Shown here: positions 12,810 to 23,381 of the stretch, piece by piece
How positions within the stretch are numbered: the first letter of the stretch is position 1
How the letters are laid out: every line of letters begins with the position of its first letter
Source: Candidatus Woesebacteria bacterium GW2011_GWF1_31_35
GTDB taxonomy: Bacteria > Patescibacteriota > Microgenomatia > UBA8517
Assembly: GCA_001029755.1 (NCBI GenBank)
Contig: CP011214.1
Span: forward strand, 557,767-621,766
DNA length: 64,000 bases
Direction of reading: 5' to 3'
Position numbers and translations under genes: made by a program
The notes under the pieces: generated by a model
What the model saw: only the letters and a program-made list of their open reading frames with translations
What the model was told of the DNA's origin: nothing
Databases searched by the model: none

Positions 12810-14546
12810 ATGCCCACAACTGCCAAGGTAGGTCCGACCAGTCTAACACCAACAGGAAATAATCTTTCGGATATTTTAGTTTCCATGGGTGTTTTAAAGC
12901 AAGATAGAGCAGCCCAGGTTAAAATGGCTGAAGTGCAATATGGAACACCTCAAGAAGAAATATTAAAAGAGCAAAATATAGTATCAAATGAAAATTTAGT
13001 TAAAGCAAAAGCTATTCTTTACAATATTCCTTATTTAGATCTTAACTCAGCTCCATCGTCTCCTGAGGCCATGGCTGTTTTACCGCAGGAAGTATCAAGT
13101 AAATTTAATGTTTTTCCAATTTCAGTTGATAAGATAAATAAAACACTTACTCTTGCCATGGCTGACCCGCTTGATTTAACAGCAATTGAATTTGTTGAAA
13201 GAAAAACAAATTTAAGGGTTAAACCTGTGGCTGTAGAAGGCGATAAATTATCTGAAGTAATAATGACCCGTTATTCTTCATCTCTTTCTCAAGAAGTGAC
13301 ACAGGCCATGAAGGATGTAGCTCCAGATAAAAAATCTACTCCTGATGAAAATTTTAAGATAGGATTTATTAGGGAAGAAAAAATATCAGAAATTGTGTCT
13401 CATATTTTGGAATTTGCTGTAAAATCACGATCTTCTGATATTCATATTGAACCACAAGAAAAATCAACTAGAGTTCGCTATAGAATTGATGGAATTTTAC
13501 AAGAAAAATTAACTATTCCTAAAGAGCTTCACGATTCATTGATATCAAGAATAAAAATCCTTTCTGGGATGAAAATTGATGAAAAAAGAATTCCTCAAGA
13601 TGGAAGGTTTAATTTCAAAGCTAACGATGAAGATACAGACCTTCGTGTATCTTCTCTTCCTACATCATGGGGAGAAAAAATTGTCATGAGGTTACTTAAA
13701 AAAACTGGTGGGGTTCCAGATTTACCAGAACTTGGTTTAAGAGGAAAAGCTTTGAAAAATTTACTGGATTCAATTTTGAGACCACATGGAATAATTATAA
13801 TTTGCGGTCCAACGGGATCAGGTAAAACTACTACCCTTTATGCAATCATTGCAAAAGTTAATACACCAAAAGTAAATATCGTGACTTTGGAAGATCCTAT
13901 TGAATATAAAATGCTGGGAGTAAACCAAGTACAGATTAATCCTGCAGTTGGACTTACATTTGCATCCGGTCTTAAATCATTTTTAAGACAAGACCCTAAT
14001 ATTATTCTTGTTGGAGAAATTAGGGATCAGGAAACTGCAGACCTTGCAATTCAGGCTTCGTTAACTGGACATTTGGTTTTTAGCACACTTCATACCAATG
14101 ATGCAGCCGGAGCTCTTCCAAGACTTCTTGATATGGGGGCAGAACCTTATCTTTTGGCTTCTTCAATGACAGCAATTGTCGCCCAAAGGGTTGGAAGAAA
14201 AATTCATGATGCATGTAAGGAAACCTATACACCTGACCCTAAAATTATTGAAGATATTAAAAAAGTATTAGGTCCTTTATTTCCTTTAAATAAAGAGGTC
14301 AAACTATATAGAGGTAAAGGTTGTCAGGAATGTGGTAATACAGGCTATTATGGGAGAATAGGTATTTTTGAAGTTATTCCAGTTAGTGATTCGATAAGTA
14401 AATTGATTTTGGAAAGATCTCCTGCATCAACAATTGAAAAAAAAGCTAAAGAGGAAGGTATGATAACATTAAAACAGGACGGATATTTGAAAGTTTTAGA
14501 AGGAATAACTTCTATAGAAGAAGTTCTAAGAGTTGCTCAGGAATAA
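12810..14546 (+). CDS. pilB: Type IV pilus assembly ATPase PilB/GspE
   Basis: SDIHIEP, GPTGSGKTTT, LRQDPN, GHLVFSTLHTN; start MPTTAK lies 6 nt after TATAAT. Confidence 0.95.
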   Translation: MPTTAKVGPTSLTPTGNNLSDILVSMGVLKQDRAAQVKMAEVQYGTPQEEILKEQNIVSNENLVKAKAILYNIPYLDLNSAPSSPEAMAVLPQEVSSKFNVFPISVDKINKTLTLAMADPLDLTAIEFVERKTNLRVKPVAVEGDKLSEVIMTRYSSSLSQEVTQAMKDVAPDKKSTPDENFKIGFIREEKISEIVSHILEFAVKSRSSDIHIEPQEKSTRVRYRIDGILQEKLTIPKELHDSLISRIKILSGMKIDEKRIPQDGRFNFKANDEDTDLRVSSLPTSWGEKIVMRLLKKTGGVPDLPELGLRGKALKNLLDSILRPHGIIIICGPTGSGKTTTLYAIIAKVNTPKVNIVTLEDPIEYKMLGVNQVQINPAVGLTFASGLKSFLRQDPNIILVGEIRDQETADLAIQASLTGHLVFSTLHTNDAAGALPRLLDMGAEPYLLASSMTAIVAQRVGRKIHDACKETYTPDPKIIEDIKKVLGPLFPLNKEVKLYRGKGCQECGNTGYYGRIGIFEVIPVSDSISKLILERSPASTIEKKAKEEGMITLKQDGYLKVLEGITSIEEVLRVAQE

Positions 14547-14627
14547 TAAAACTTTTACTTATTTATTTATTTTTACTATTATTAATTAAGTATTAATTTA
14601 AGATACAAAAAATATTAAAAAAAATTT

Positions 14628-15695
14628 ATGGCAATTGATATAAATAACTTATTACAACAGACAGTAGACCTTAAAGCATCCGATTTGCATTTAGTGGCAG
14701 GAGTTCCTCCAACTTTAAGAATCGACGGAGAACTTAAATCTGTCCCCTCTTCTGGCATTTTAACTCCTCAAATAATTTCTGATGGTTTAAAAATAATATT
14801 AACAAGTGAACAATTTGAAAGACTTTCAGTTAATAAAGAAATTGACTTTTCACTAACCTTTTCAGATAAAGCTCGTTTTAGAGTTAATACTTATACTCAA
14901 AAAGGATCATTTGCTGCTGCATTTAGAAGAATTCCACTAGAAATTCCTGATATTGATAGTCTGGGTCTACCTAAAATAGTTCATAGTTTTACTAATCTAA
15001 GGCAAGGATTAATTTTGGTAACTGGACCTACTGGACATGGAAAGTCAACAACTTTAGCAGCAACAATTAATGAAATAAATAAAAATAGATCTTGTCATAT
15101 TGTGACTATTGAAGATCCTGTTGAGTTTGTTTTTCCACCGATTAAATCAATAATTTCTCAAAGAGAAATGAGATCAGATACTCATTCATGGCAAGTTGCT
15201 TTAAGAAGTGTTTTAAGAGAAGACCCTGATGTTGTTCTAATAGGAGAAATGAGAGATTTTGAAACAATTTCTTCAGCTATGACAATTGCTGAAACAGGAC
15301 ATCTTGTTTTTGCAACACTTCACACAAATTCTGCAGCTCAAACAGTTGATAGAATTGTAGATGTCTTTCCAGAGGATCAACAGAATCAAATTAGGCTTCA
15401 ACTATCTTCAATTCTAGAAGCAGTTTTTTCTCAAAGATTAATTTCAGGACTGGCAGGAGGACGAGTAGTTGCCCATGAAATAATGCTTGGAACAACTGCA
15501 ATAAAAACAGCAATAAGAGAGGGTAAAACTCATCAAATTGACTCAATTATTCAAACATCTCAAGAAGTTGGAATGGCAACTTTAGAACATTCACTAGCTT
15601 CCTTAGTAAAAACTGGAAAAATTTCCATAGAAACTGCAGAGATGTGGTCAGTCAGGCCTGAAGAATTAAATAGACTTGTTAAGGGTTCTATATGA
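14628..15695 (+). CDS. pilT: Twitching motility retraction ATPase
   Basis: ASDLHL, GPTGHGKSTT, LREDPD, AIREG. Confidence 0.95.
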   Translation: MAIDINNLLQQTVDLKASDLHLVAGVPPTLRIDGELKSVPSSGILTPQIISDGLKIILTSEQFERLSVNKEIDFSLTFSDKARFRVNTYTQKGSFAAAFRRIPLEIPDIDSLGLPKIVHSFTNLRQGLILVTGPTGHGKSTTLAATINEINKNRSCHIVTIEDPVEFVFPPIKSIISQREMRSDTHSWQVALRSVLREDPDVVLIGEMRDFETISSAMTIAETGHLVFATLHTNSAAQTVDRIVDVFPEDQQNQIRLQLSSILEAVFSQRLISGLAGGRVVAHEIMLGTTAIKTAIREGKTHQIDSIIQTSQEVGMATLEHSLASLVKTGKISIETAEMWSVRPEELNRLVKGSI

Positions 15696-16897
15696 AAAGA
15701 TTTACATTCAAAGCTAAGGATAAAAACGGAAGACTTGTAATTGGTGAAGTTGAGGCAACAAGTGAAAGCCATGCAGCCAAACTTGTAAGAAGTAAAGGAC
15801 TTTTGGTTCTTTCGATAAAACAATCTTTTGAAAGTCCATTTGCATTTATTAGAAAATTTAAAGATAGGATAACTTCATCCGATGTTGCAACATTTACAAG
15901 ACAGTTTGCAACAATGGTTGCAGCAGGTCTTCCTATTACGGAATCATTACTTATATTAAAATCCCAATCTAAAGGATCAATGGGAAAGGTAGTTTCTCAA
16001 ATTTTAGCTGATGTAGAAGGTGGAGAATCAATGTCCAAAGCCTTTATGAAGCATCCTACCGTCTTTAGTCCTACTTATATTGCACTTGTTAAATCTGGAG
16101 AAATTGGAGGAGTTTTGGATACTGTCTTAGTTAGACTTGCAGACGATTTGGAAAAACAACAAGAATTTAAAGGAAAAGTTAAAGGAGCACTTATCTATCC
16201 TGAAATTATTGTTACAGGAATGGTTATTGTTGCTGTTATTATGATGATTTTTGTCGTTCCAAAATTAACCTCACTTTATTCTGAATTTAATGCAGATCTT
16301 CCAATGCCCACAAGGATTTTAATGGGTATTTCTGATGCTGTTATTAAGTTTTGGCCAATAACATTAGGATCATTAATTTTTGGGGTATATGCTTTTAAAG
16401 CATATGGCAAAACCATTGAAGGTAGAAGAAAATTAGATAGTTTAATTTTCAAAATCCCTATTGTTGGAGAATTACAGAAGCAAGTTCTTCTTGCTGAGTT
16501 AACTAGAACGTTATCTCTAATGGTAGGCTCTGGTGTGTCAATTTTAGAAGGGTTAAATATCACATCTGGAGTTCTAGGTAATAGTATTATGGCAGATGCT
16601 TTAAAAGATACTTCAAAGCAAGTTGAAAAAGGATTCCCTATCTCCTACTCCTTTGCAAAACATCCTGATGTTTTTCCTTTTATTCTTTCACAAATGATTG
16701 CAGTTGGAGAAGAAACAGGAAAAATGGAGGAAGTATTATCTAAAGTGAGTCGTGTATTTGAGGTTGAATCAGACCAAAAAGTTAAGGCATTAACAGCAGC
16801 AGTTGAACCTATAATTATGGTTATACTAGGTTTGGGGGTTGGGTTTCTAGTTATCGCAATAATATTACCAATCTATAACTTGACAAGTCAGTTCTAA
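15692..16897 (+). CDS. pilC: Type IV pilus platform protein PilC/GspF
   Basis: Two GspF repeats; GEIGG, GEETG, EPIIM motifs. Confidence 0.95.
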   Translation: MKRFTFKAKDKNGRLVIGEVEATSESHAAKLVRSKGLLVLSIKQSFESPFAFIRKFKDRITSSDVATFTRQFATMVAAGLPITESLLILKSQSKGSMGKVVSQILADVEGGESMSKAFMKHPTVFSPTYIALVKSGEIGGVLDTVLVRLADDLEKQQEFKGKVKGALIYPEIIVTGMVIVAVIMMIFVVPKLTSLYSEFNADLPMPTRILMGISDAVIKFWPITLGSLIFGVYAFKAYGKTIEGRRKLDSLIFKIPIVGELQKQVLLAELTRTLSLMVGSGVSILEGLNITSGVLGNSIMADALKDTSKQVEKGFPISYSFAKHPDVFPFILSQMIAVGEETGKMEEVLSKVSRVFEVESDQKVKALTAAVEPIIMVILGLGVGFLVIAIILPIYNLTSQF

Positions 16898-16942
16898 AAA
16901 GATGATACTTAAATTAGATAAAGATAAGGGGGTGATTATAAT

Positions 16943-17533
16943 ATGAAAAAAGGTTTTACATTAGTTGAGCTCTTGATTGTTATTGGACTTCTTGGAGCAA
17001 TTGCCTTAATTGTTATTTCTGCAATTAACCCTATTGAACAAGCCAATCGTGCAAGAGATACTAGATTTAAAGCTGATGGTGGACAACTTATTTCAGCAAT
17101 AGATAGATACTTTGTTGGAGCAAGTGCATTTCCTTGGATGACGGTAGATCCTGCAATTGAAACAGATGACGCATATCCTTTCATTACTGCCAGTACTCAA
17201 GGAGTTGGACTTTGTGGCGCAACTTGTGCCGCTGATGGTCTGCTTATAACTACTAATGAGTTAAAGACTGAATTTAGAAATAGAGACTTTCTTGATACTG
17301 GTACAACAGTGTCAGAACAAATTATGGTAGGAAAAGCTCTTGGTTCGTCAACATCTGTTTATGCATGTTTTGTTCCTTTATCAAAGTCAGTTAGAGAAAA
17401 GGCTTGTGCTGATGGAAAAGTATATACATTAGCTACAAGTGTAAGAACAGCAATAGCAGCAAATGATGCTAGTTGTGCTGCTGATAGTGCGACCTGGATT
17501 TCTGGGCCACAATACGTTTGTATGCCTGAATAA
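16943..17533 (+). CDS. Type IV pilin, likely major pilin
   Basis: KKG|FTLVELL prepilin motif; strong SD AAGGGGGTG; several Cys. Confidence 0.9.
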   Translation: MKKGFTLVELLIVIGLLGAIALIVISAINPIEQANRARDTRFKADGGQLISAIDRYFVGASAFPWMTVDPAIETDDAYPFITASTQGVGLCGATCAADGLLITTNELKTEFRNRDFLDTGTTVSEQIMVGKALGSSTSVYACFVPLSKSVREKACADGKVYTLATSVRTAIAANDASCAADSATWISGPQYVCMPE

Positions 17534-17544
17534 ATTGTAAGATT

Positions 17545-18231
17545 ATGTGGATTTTAATCCCGCTTGCATTGTTTGGGTTATTAATAGGATCTTTTATAGG
17601 AGCAGTCAGTTATAGATTGCCTAAGAATTTGAGATTTATAAAAGGCAGGTCTTTTTGTGATACTTGCAAGAAGGACTTGCGGTGGTTCGACAACATACCT
17701 GCCTTTTCCTATTTAGTTTTGGGTGGAAAATCATCTTGTTGTGGAAAGAAGATTTCAATTCGTTACCCATTAATAGAGATTGCTTCTGGAATAGGAACTG
17801 TTCTAATATTTTTTTGGTCTCAAAACCTTATATTTTGTTTACTATTTTTCATTTTACTTACAATTTTTGTGATTGACTTGGAAAATCAAATAATTCCTGA
17901 TGAATTAAGTTTTTTAGTTTTATTAAGTGGTATTCTCTACTCTTTTTCATTTGAAAAAATATTTGTAGGTTTTTTCCTTTCTTTTTTGATACTTTTACTT
18001 TATTTATTAACTAAAGGCAAAGGTATGGGTTTAGGAGATGTTAAGTTAACAATTGGTTTGGGAGTCTGGTTAAATTTTTCTAAAGGATTTACATTTTTAT
18101 TATTATCTTTCTTGACAGGAGGTGTAATTGCTTTCATACTTTTACTTATAGGTAAAGCTAAGTTAAAAACAAAACTTGCCTTTGGTCCGTTTTTGATAAT
18201 TGGTTTTTTAATAACCCTATTGTTTTTGTAA
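17545..18231 (+). CDS. pilD: Prepilin peptidase
   Basis: GSF, RSFCDTC, IDLE, GMGLGDVKL, AFGPFL. Confidence 0.93.
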   Translation: MWILIPLALFGLLIGSFIGAVSYRLPKNLRFIKGRSFCDTCKKDLRWFDNIPAFSYLVLGGKSSCCGKKISIRYPLIEIASGIGTVLIFFWSQNLIFCLLFFILLTIFVIDLENQIIPDELSFLVLLSGILYSFSFEKIFVGFFLSFLILLLYLLTKGKGMGLGDVKLTIGLGVWLNFSKGFTFLLLSFLTGGVIAFILLLIGKAKLKTKLAFGPFLIIGFLITLLFL

Positions 18232-18245
18232 CAAAGTTTATATAA

Positions 18246-18860
18246 ATGAAAGACAAAAGTTTTGAAAAGATTTTAAAAAGTAAATCTTCTCAGGGTATGA
18301 CCCTGATTGAACTTCTAGTTGTTGTTTCAATTATTTCTATCTTAGTTTTTGTAATTACTGTTTTTCTTCGACCACAAATTTTTAAGGCGAATGATGCAAG
18401 ACGCAAGGCTGAACTTAAAAGAATTGGTGTTGCAGCTGAAGAATATGAAAAGGATAATAATTGTTACCCCCCAACCAGTTTGGTAACTTGTGTCAATGGT
18501 GGTATAGGACTGCGCCCTTATATTGATGTTATCCCCTGTGATCCTGTAACCAAAAATTCTTATTTTTATGAACCTGATCCTAATAATGTTGCCTGTCCAA
18601 AATGGTATCGAATTTATGCCAGTCTACAAAATCAAACTGATGTTGATTATATCCCAAACATTGGACCAAGCTCTGCATATAGCTTTATCTATACTAGTCC
18701 TAATGCTCCTGCATTACCTACATCAATTCCCAATGTGAATATATATTATGGCTGCATTAATGGATCTTGTAGACAACTTATCGAGGGTGAAGAATGTACC
18801 CCTAACTGGGATTCAATGGATAATTGCAACTCACGTTGCCCTGAAAATCCATGCATATAA
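18246..18860 (+). CDS. Type IV pilin-like protein with Cys-rich C-terminal tail
   Basis: QG|MTLIELL, DARRKAEL. Confidence 0.85.
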   Translation: MKDKSFEKILKSKSSQGMTLIELLVVVSIISILVFVITVFLRPQIFKANDARRKAELKRIGVAAEEYEKDNNCYPPTSLVTCVNGGIGLRPYIDVIPCDPVTKNSYFYEPDPNNVACPKWYRIYASLQNQTDVDYIPNIGPSSAYSFIYTSPNAPALPTSIPNVNIYYGCINGSCRQLIEGEECTPNWDSMDNCNSRCPENPCI

Positions 18861-19345
18861 TGAAATTTTTTACTAAAAAGGAAAAAAAAATAATTTTATT
18901 AATTTTAGTTTGTCTATTTACAATTGTTGGTATAAATATGAAGGTCTCTTTAAGAAGAGGTAGGGATAATACTAGAAAAAATGATTTATCCGTATTACAA
19001 AAAGCTCTTGATATATTCATAAGTAAATATCAAATGTTTCCTCCATCAGTTGATGGAAAAATCGAAGGTTGTTTTGGGCCAGATACTAAAGTAGATCCAA
19101 AAACAGGAAAATTAATTAATTTACATGTTTGTGAATGGGGAAAAGACGTTTTTGAAAATATTCAAACACTTCCAAAAGATCCAAATTATAAAAAAGGAGC
19201 AAGTTATCTTTATTTATCAGATACTAAAAAGTATCAAATTTATATTTCTTTAGAAGGTAAGGATGAGGCAGAATATACACCAGCGATAATTAATAAAAAT
19301 TTGCAATGTGGCACTAAAATATGTAATTATGGAAGGGAGTACTAA
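18860..19345 (+). CDS. Pilin-like protein with degenerate prepilin motif
   Basis: FFTKKE in place of GFTLxE; RDNTRKNDL and LPKDP match neighbouring pilins. Confidence 0.7.
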   Translation: MKFFTKKEKKIILLILVCLFTIVGINMKVSLRRGRDNTRKNDLSVLQKALDIFISKYQMFPPSVDGKIEGCFGPDTKVDPKTGKLINLHVCEWGKDVFENIQTLPKDPNYKKGASYLYLSDTKKYQIYISLEGKDEAEYTPAIINKNLQCGTKICNYGREY

Positions 19346-19346
19346 T

Positions 19347-19847
19347 ATGAAGAAAGCTTTTACACTTGTTGAACTTTTAGTAGTTATGGCCATAATCGGA
19401 GTACTTGCAGCCTTAGCCGTGGGAAGTTTTAGAACTGCACAAATGAGAGGAAGAGATGCTCAAAGAAAATCAGATTTAAAACAAATTTCCAATTCTTTAG
19501 AACTTTTCTATGCTGATTATGGAAAATATCCTAGTGATGTAACTGGGAGAATTGCAGGTTGTCCATATAATCCAGCTCTTTCAACAGGCACTTCGTGTAC
19601 TTGGGGAATTAGTGAATTTTCAGACAGTAAAACAGTTTATTTTAAAATTCTTCCAATTGATCCAACATCCCCCACGACAGAATATATATATGGATTAGTT
19701 AATAGTTCAAATCAAAAATATAGATTATTTGCAAGACTTGAAAATCCTAAAGATCAAAATATTGATTCTTCAATAACTGTTATTTGTGGTTCAGGGAAAT
19801 TGTGTAATTTTGCTGTAACTAGTGCAAATACTAGTGTGAGCGAGTAG
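19347..19847 (+). CDS. Type IV pilin / GspG-like
   Basis: KKA|FTLVELL, RDAQRKSDL. Confidence 0.88.
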   Translation: MKKAFTLVELLVVMAIIGVLAALAVGSFRTAQMRGRDAQRKSDLKQISNSLELFYADYGKYPSDVTGRIAGCPYNPALSTGTSCTWGISEFSDSKTVYFKILPIDPTSPTTEYIYGLVNSSNQKYRLFARLENPKDQNIDSSITVICGSGKLCNFAVTSANTSVSE

Positions 19848-19875
19848 TTAAAATTTAGTATATAGTATATATGGT

Positions 19876-20337
19876 ATGAAAAAGTTAAAAGGTTTTACTT
19901 TAGTTGAACTTTTGGTAGTAATTTCCCTAATAGGAGTTTTAGCTACATTAATTTTTGCAAATCTAAATGCAGCCAGAGAAAGAGCAAGAGATGCAGTGAG
20001 AAAATCAGATTTAAGAAACATCCAAACTGCCTTGCGTCTTTACTATAATGATAATGCTGGATATCCTAGTAATAGTGGTTATAACATTGTTGGTTGTGGA
20101 AGTGGTGCCAGCCCTATAAGTTGTGTATATGGTGAAGCTTGGACAAGGGATGTTACTTATATGAATATTCTTCCTGATGATCCATTATCTTCTCAAGGAT
20201 ACTCATATCTTGGAGTTGCTGGAAATGAAAGTTATACTTTAAGTGCTTGCCTTGAAAATAAAAGTGATGAGAAAGGAGAATCAACAACTAATCTTACTTG
20301 GTGTCCAAGTGGTTGGAAGTATGTAGTTAAGCCATGA
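19876..20337 (+). CDS. Type IV pilin / GspG-like
   Basis: KG|FTLVELL, RDAVRKSDL. Confidence 0.88.
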   Translation: MKKLKGFTLVELLVVISLIGVLATLIFANLNAARERARDAVRKSDLRNIQTALRLYYNDNAGYPSNSGYNIVGCGSGASPISCVYGEAWTRDVTYMNILPDDPLSSQGYSYLGVAGNESYTLSACLENKSDEKGESTTNLTWCPSGWKYVVKP

Positions 20338-20831
20338 TGAAATTAAATTTAAAGGTTATTAAAAAAGGATTCACATTAATTGAAATGCTTGTTGTTATTT
20401 CTCTTATTGGAATTCTTGCAGCTTTATCTTTAGTTTCTTTTACTTCTGTACAAAAACAAGCAAGAGATACTGTTAGAAAATCAGATCTAAAACAATATCA
20501 AAATGCTCTAGAAGCTTATGCTAATTTAGTGTCTGGTCTATTTCCCTCTCGAACAGCAGTTTCTTCTGCTTATTCTACACTCTGTGGTGATTTAAATCTA
20601 AAATTAGAACCAGATATATCCTGTTCCCAAGATCCAAAAACAATAAACGATGCTACTTATTATGATTATAAATATATTTCAAATGGAACGAATGGAACAG
20701 CTACTGCAACAAAATATGTTTTGTGGGGGAAGATTGAAAATTCATCTACTACTAAATATATTATTTATTGTAGTGACGGTAAAATTGGAGAAAGTGCCAC
20801 CGCACCTAGTACATCAACTTGTCCAATATGA
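20334..20831 (+). CDS. Type IV pilin / GspG-like
   Basis: KG|FTLIEML, RDTVRKSDL. Confidence 0.88.
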   Translation: MMKLNLKVIKKGFTLIEMLVVISLIGILAALSLVSFTSVQKQARDTVRKSDLKQYQNALEAYANLVSGLFPSRTAVSSAYSTLCGDLNLKLEPDISCSQDPKTINDATYYDYKYISNGTNGTATATKYVLWGKIENSSTTKYIIYCSDGKIGESATAPSTSTCPI

Positions 20832-21289
20832 TAATTAAAAATAATAAAAGAATAGTAAATGATGCATTTACTTTAATTGAGCTTTTGGTAGTTATATCTA
20901 TAATAGGAATTTTGGTAGCTGTTTCTGTCTTTGGTTTGGCTGGAGCAAGAGAGTCAAGTCGTGATGCAAGAAGAAAAGCGGATTTAGAGTTAATTAGATC
21001 AGGACTTGAACTTTATGAAGCAGATTGTAATGCTTATCCTGCAACAGCTAAGATTGTCTCAGGATCTGCACTTAAAGGTAGTCCTCCACCAACTATATGC
21101 TCAGCAAGTAATACTTATATCTCAGCTGTACCTGCTGATCCGATTACTGGTAGATCTTATCGATATGCAACTACGGCAAGCGGTTATGAAATATGTGCCT
21201 CGCTTGAACAAAGTGGTTTATCAGCGATTACTTGTGGAGGATCTTCTAATTGTGGAACATCATGCAATTACAAAGTTACAAATCCTTAA
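20828..21289 (+). CDS. Type IV pilin / GspG-like
   Basis: DA|FTLIELL, RDARRKADL. Confidence 0.86.
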   Translation: MIIKNNKRIVNDAFTLIELLVVISIIGILVAVSVFGLAGARESSRDARRKADLELIRSGLELYEADCNAYPATAKIVSGSALKGSPPPTICSASNTYISAVPADPITGRSYRYATTASGYEICASLEQSGLSAITCGGSSNCGTSCNYKVTNP

Positions 21290-21759
21290 AAGAAGGCTAC
21301 ACTTTAATTGAATTATTAGTAGGAATTACAATAATTTCAATTGTTTTTACTATTGGCTATGCTGGTTTTAGAGAGTTTTCTAGAAGACAAGCTTTAGGTG
21401 GAGTTACTAAGGCTATTAAAGCTGATTTAAGACTTACTCAACAACTTGCTTCAACTGGTCAAAAACCAACAACAGGAACATGCACACAATTAAGTAGTTA
21501 TAGATTTTATATTTATTCTGCAACATCAACATATAAAATTTATGCAAATTGTTCTAATCCAGCTTCCACTAATATACTTGTAAAAACGGTTTCTTTGGAC
21601 AGTGATATTTCTATTACTCTCCCCCCTACTCCAGTTTATATTTTGTTTAAAGTTTTGGGTCAAGGAACTAATCTAACAAGTGATTATGTTATTGAACTAG
21701 ATCATACATCAGGAGATTCTTCGACAGTAACTGTTGGAACAGGGGGAGAAATAAATTGA
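21262..21759 (+). CDS. Minor pilin, FimT/GspH-like
   Basis: EG|YTLIELL; C-terminal TVGTGGEI. Confidence 0.82.
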   Translation: MQLQSYKSLKEGYTLIELLVGITIISIVFTIGYAGFREFSRRQALGGVTKAIKADLRLTQQLASTGQKPTTGTCTQLSSYRFYIYSATSTYKIYANCSNPASTNILVKTVSLDSDISITLPPTPVYILFKVLGQGTNLTSDYVIELDHTSGDSSTVTVGTGGEIN

Positions 21760-22223
21760 AAAACAAAAAATATCTTTTAAAAGGACAATCAATGTTTGAA
21801 GTTGTTGTAGCTATTTTTATCATGGCTTTAATTATTGTTGGTGTAATAATTTTATCTACAAATTCAATTTCCAATTCCTCTTTTTCAAAAAATAAGACAC
21901 TAGCAGGAAGATATGCTCAAGAAGCTATTGAATGGTTAAGAAGTCAAAGAGATGCAGACATGACAATATTTACAGGAAGAGTATCAGCAGTTCCTTATTG
22001 TTTGACAGACATTTCTCTGGCTAATCCATGGTCTAATATTGGAACATGCACATCTACAGAAGTTATTCCTGAAACCAGTTTTAGAAGAGAAGCTAGTCTT
22101 AGTACTAGTCAGATTAGTTTGAAAAATGTTATAGAAGCTACTGTTGTAGTTTATTGGAGCGATTCAAAAGGATCTCACGAAGTAAGATCAGTTACAAATT
22201 TTACAGATATACGTGAGAAGTAA
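21756..22223 (+). CDS. Minor pilin, PilV-like
   Basis: KG|QSMFEVVVA, AQEAIEWLR, VVVYW. Confidence 0.82.
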   Translation: MKNKKYLLKGQSMFEVVVAIFIMALIIVGVIILSTNSISNSSFSKNKTLAGRYAQEAIEWLRSQRDADMTIFTGRVSAVPYCLTDISLANPWSNIGTCTSTEVIPETSFRREASLSTSQISLKNVIEATVVVYWSDSKGSHEVRSVTNFTDIREK

Positions 22224-22239
22224 AATTAATTTAATACAA

Positions 22240-22725
22240 ATGAAAAAAAATAAAGGGTTTTCTCTCATTGAAATTTTAATTGTTATTTCAATTTTTTCAG
22301 TTGTTGGAATACTTTCAACAAGAGCAATTTTACTTACAATGAGGGGTGCTAAAAAAAGTGATTCACAAGTAAGAGTTAGGGAAAACGTAAATTATGCTCT
22401 CTCAGTAATTGAAAGACAAATTAGAAGTTCTGAAAGTGTGACTTGTACTGCAAGTACTACAATTTTAAATTATGTTTCTCTTGAGGGTACATCAGCTACT
22501 TTTTCGTGTGTTACGGCAGGGACTGATAAATACATTGCTTCAGGATCAGCACGACTTACATCAGGTGATATTGTAATTACATCTTGTTCATTTGATTGTA
22601 CACAGGTAGATCAAAATAAACCTCCAATTGTAAAAGTAAGTATAGTTGCTGAAGATGCAACAACAACTTCAATTGAGAAAGGATCAGTAACCGCAGAAAC
22701 TGAAATAGTTACAAGAAATTATTAA
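22240..22725 (+). CDS. Minor pilin, PilW/GspJ-like
   Basis: KG|FSLIEIL, IERQIRSS, terminal TRNY. Confidence 0.82.
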   Translation: MKKNKGFSLIEILIVISIFSVVGILSTRAILLTMRGAKKSDSQVRVRENVNYALSVIERQIRSSESVTCTASTTILNYVSLEGTSATFSCVTAGTDKYIASGSARLTSGDIVITSCSFDCTQVDQNKPPIVKVSIVAEDATTTSIEKGSVTAETEIVTRNY

Positions 22726-22727
22726 AA

Positions 22728-23378
22728 TTATTTTTTGGTAAACATTCCTAATTGATATTTTTTAACTTCACTAGTGATTAATTCTTTAGCTTTTTCCCAA
22801 GAAAAATTTGTATCAGTTAATTTAATTGGCCTTTTATTTTCCTTACCTTCAACATCATCATAATATGTTAAGGTTCTTAATATTAAATATTTGTTAAAAT
22901 TTTTATATTTTTTTGTAGCAAAGGTAAACATTTTTGCAATATCAAATTTCTTAAGTAGATAATAAATATCTATATAATCTCTTTTTGCAGGTCTATGACT
23001 TACAGCTAATAATTTCATAGCAGAAATATCTTCAAGACTTGCCAATTTGACCCCGGAAACTATTTCTGCTGTTTTTATTAAGGGATATTGATACCAAAAA
23101 AAAGAACAATCTACTCCGTTAATATTTGCAAAAACAGTGTCCTTTTCTATTAAAGTTATTTTTGAATTAGTTGTAAAAACTTTATTAATTTCATCCACAA
23201 GTTCATTTGAATCAAAATGATCCTGAATAAAAAAATCAAAGTCAACAGAGGTTCTGTGTCCAATTTGTAGAGAAAGTGCTGTTCCACCGGCTAGATAAAA
23301 ACCTTTTTTAGTCAAAAACTCAAGTTTTGGTAATACTTCTTGTTGGTTTTTGTCAAGAATTGATGTATAGAATTTCAT
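22728..23378 (-). CDS. AbiEii/AbiGii-family nucleotidyltransferase (putative toxin)
   Basis: LAGGTAL, HRTSVDFDF, AMKL, RDYIDIY. Confidence 0.88.
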   Translation of the reverse strand: MKFYTSILDKNQQEVLPKLEFLTKKGFYLAGGTALSLQIGHRTSVDFDFFIQDHFDSNELVDEINKVFTTNSKITLIEKDTVFANINGVDCSFFWYQYPLIKTAEIVSGVKLASLEDISAMKLLAVSHRPAKRDYIDIYYLLKKFDIAKMFTFATKKYKNFNKYLILRTLTYYDDVEGKENKRPIKLTDTNFSWEKAKELITSEVKKYQLGMFTKK

Positions 23379-23381
23379 TAT

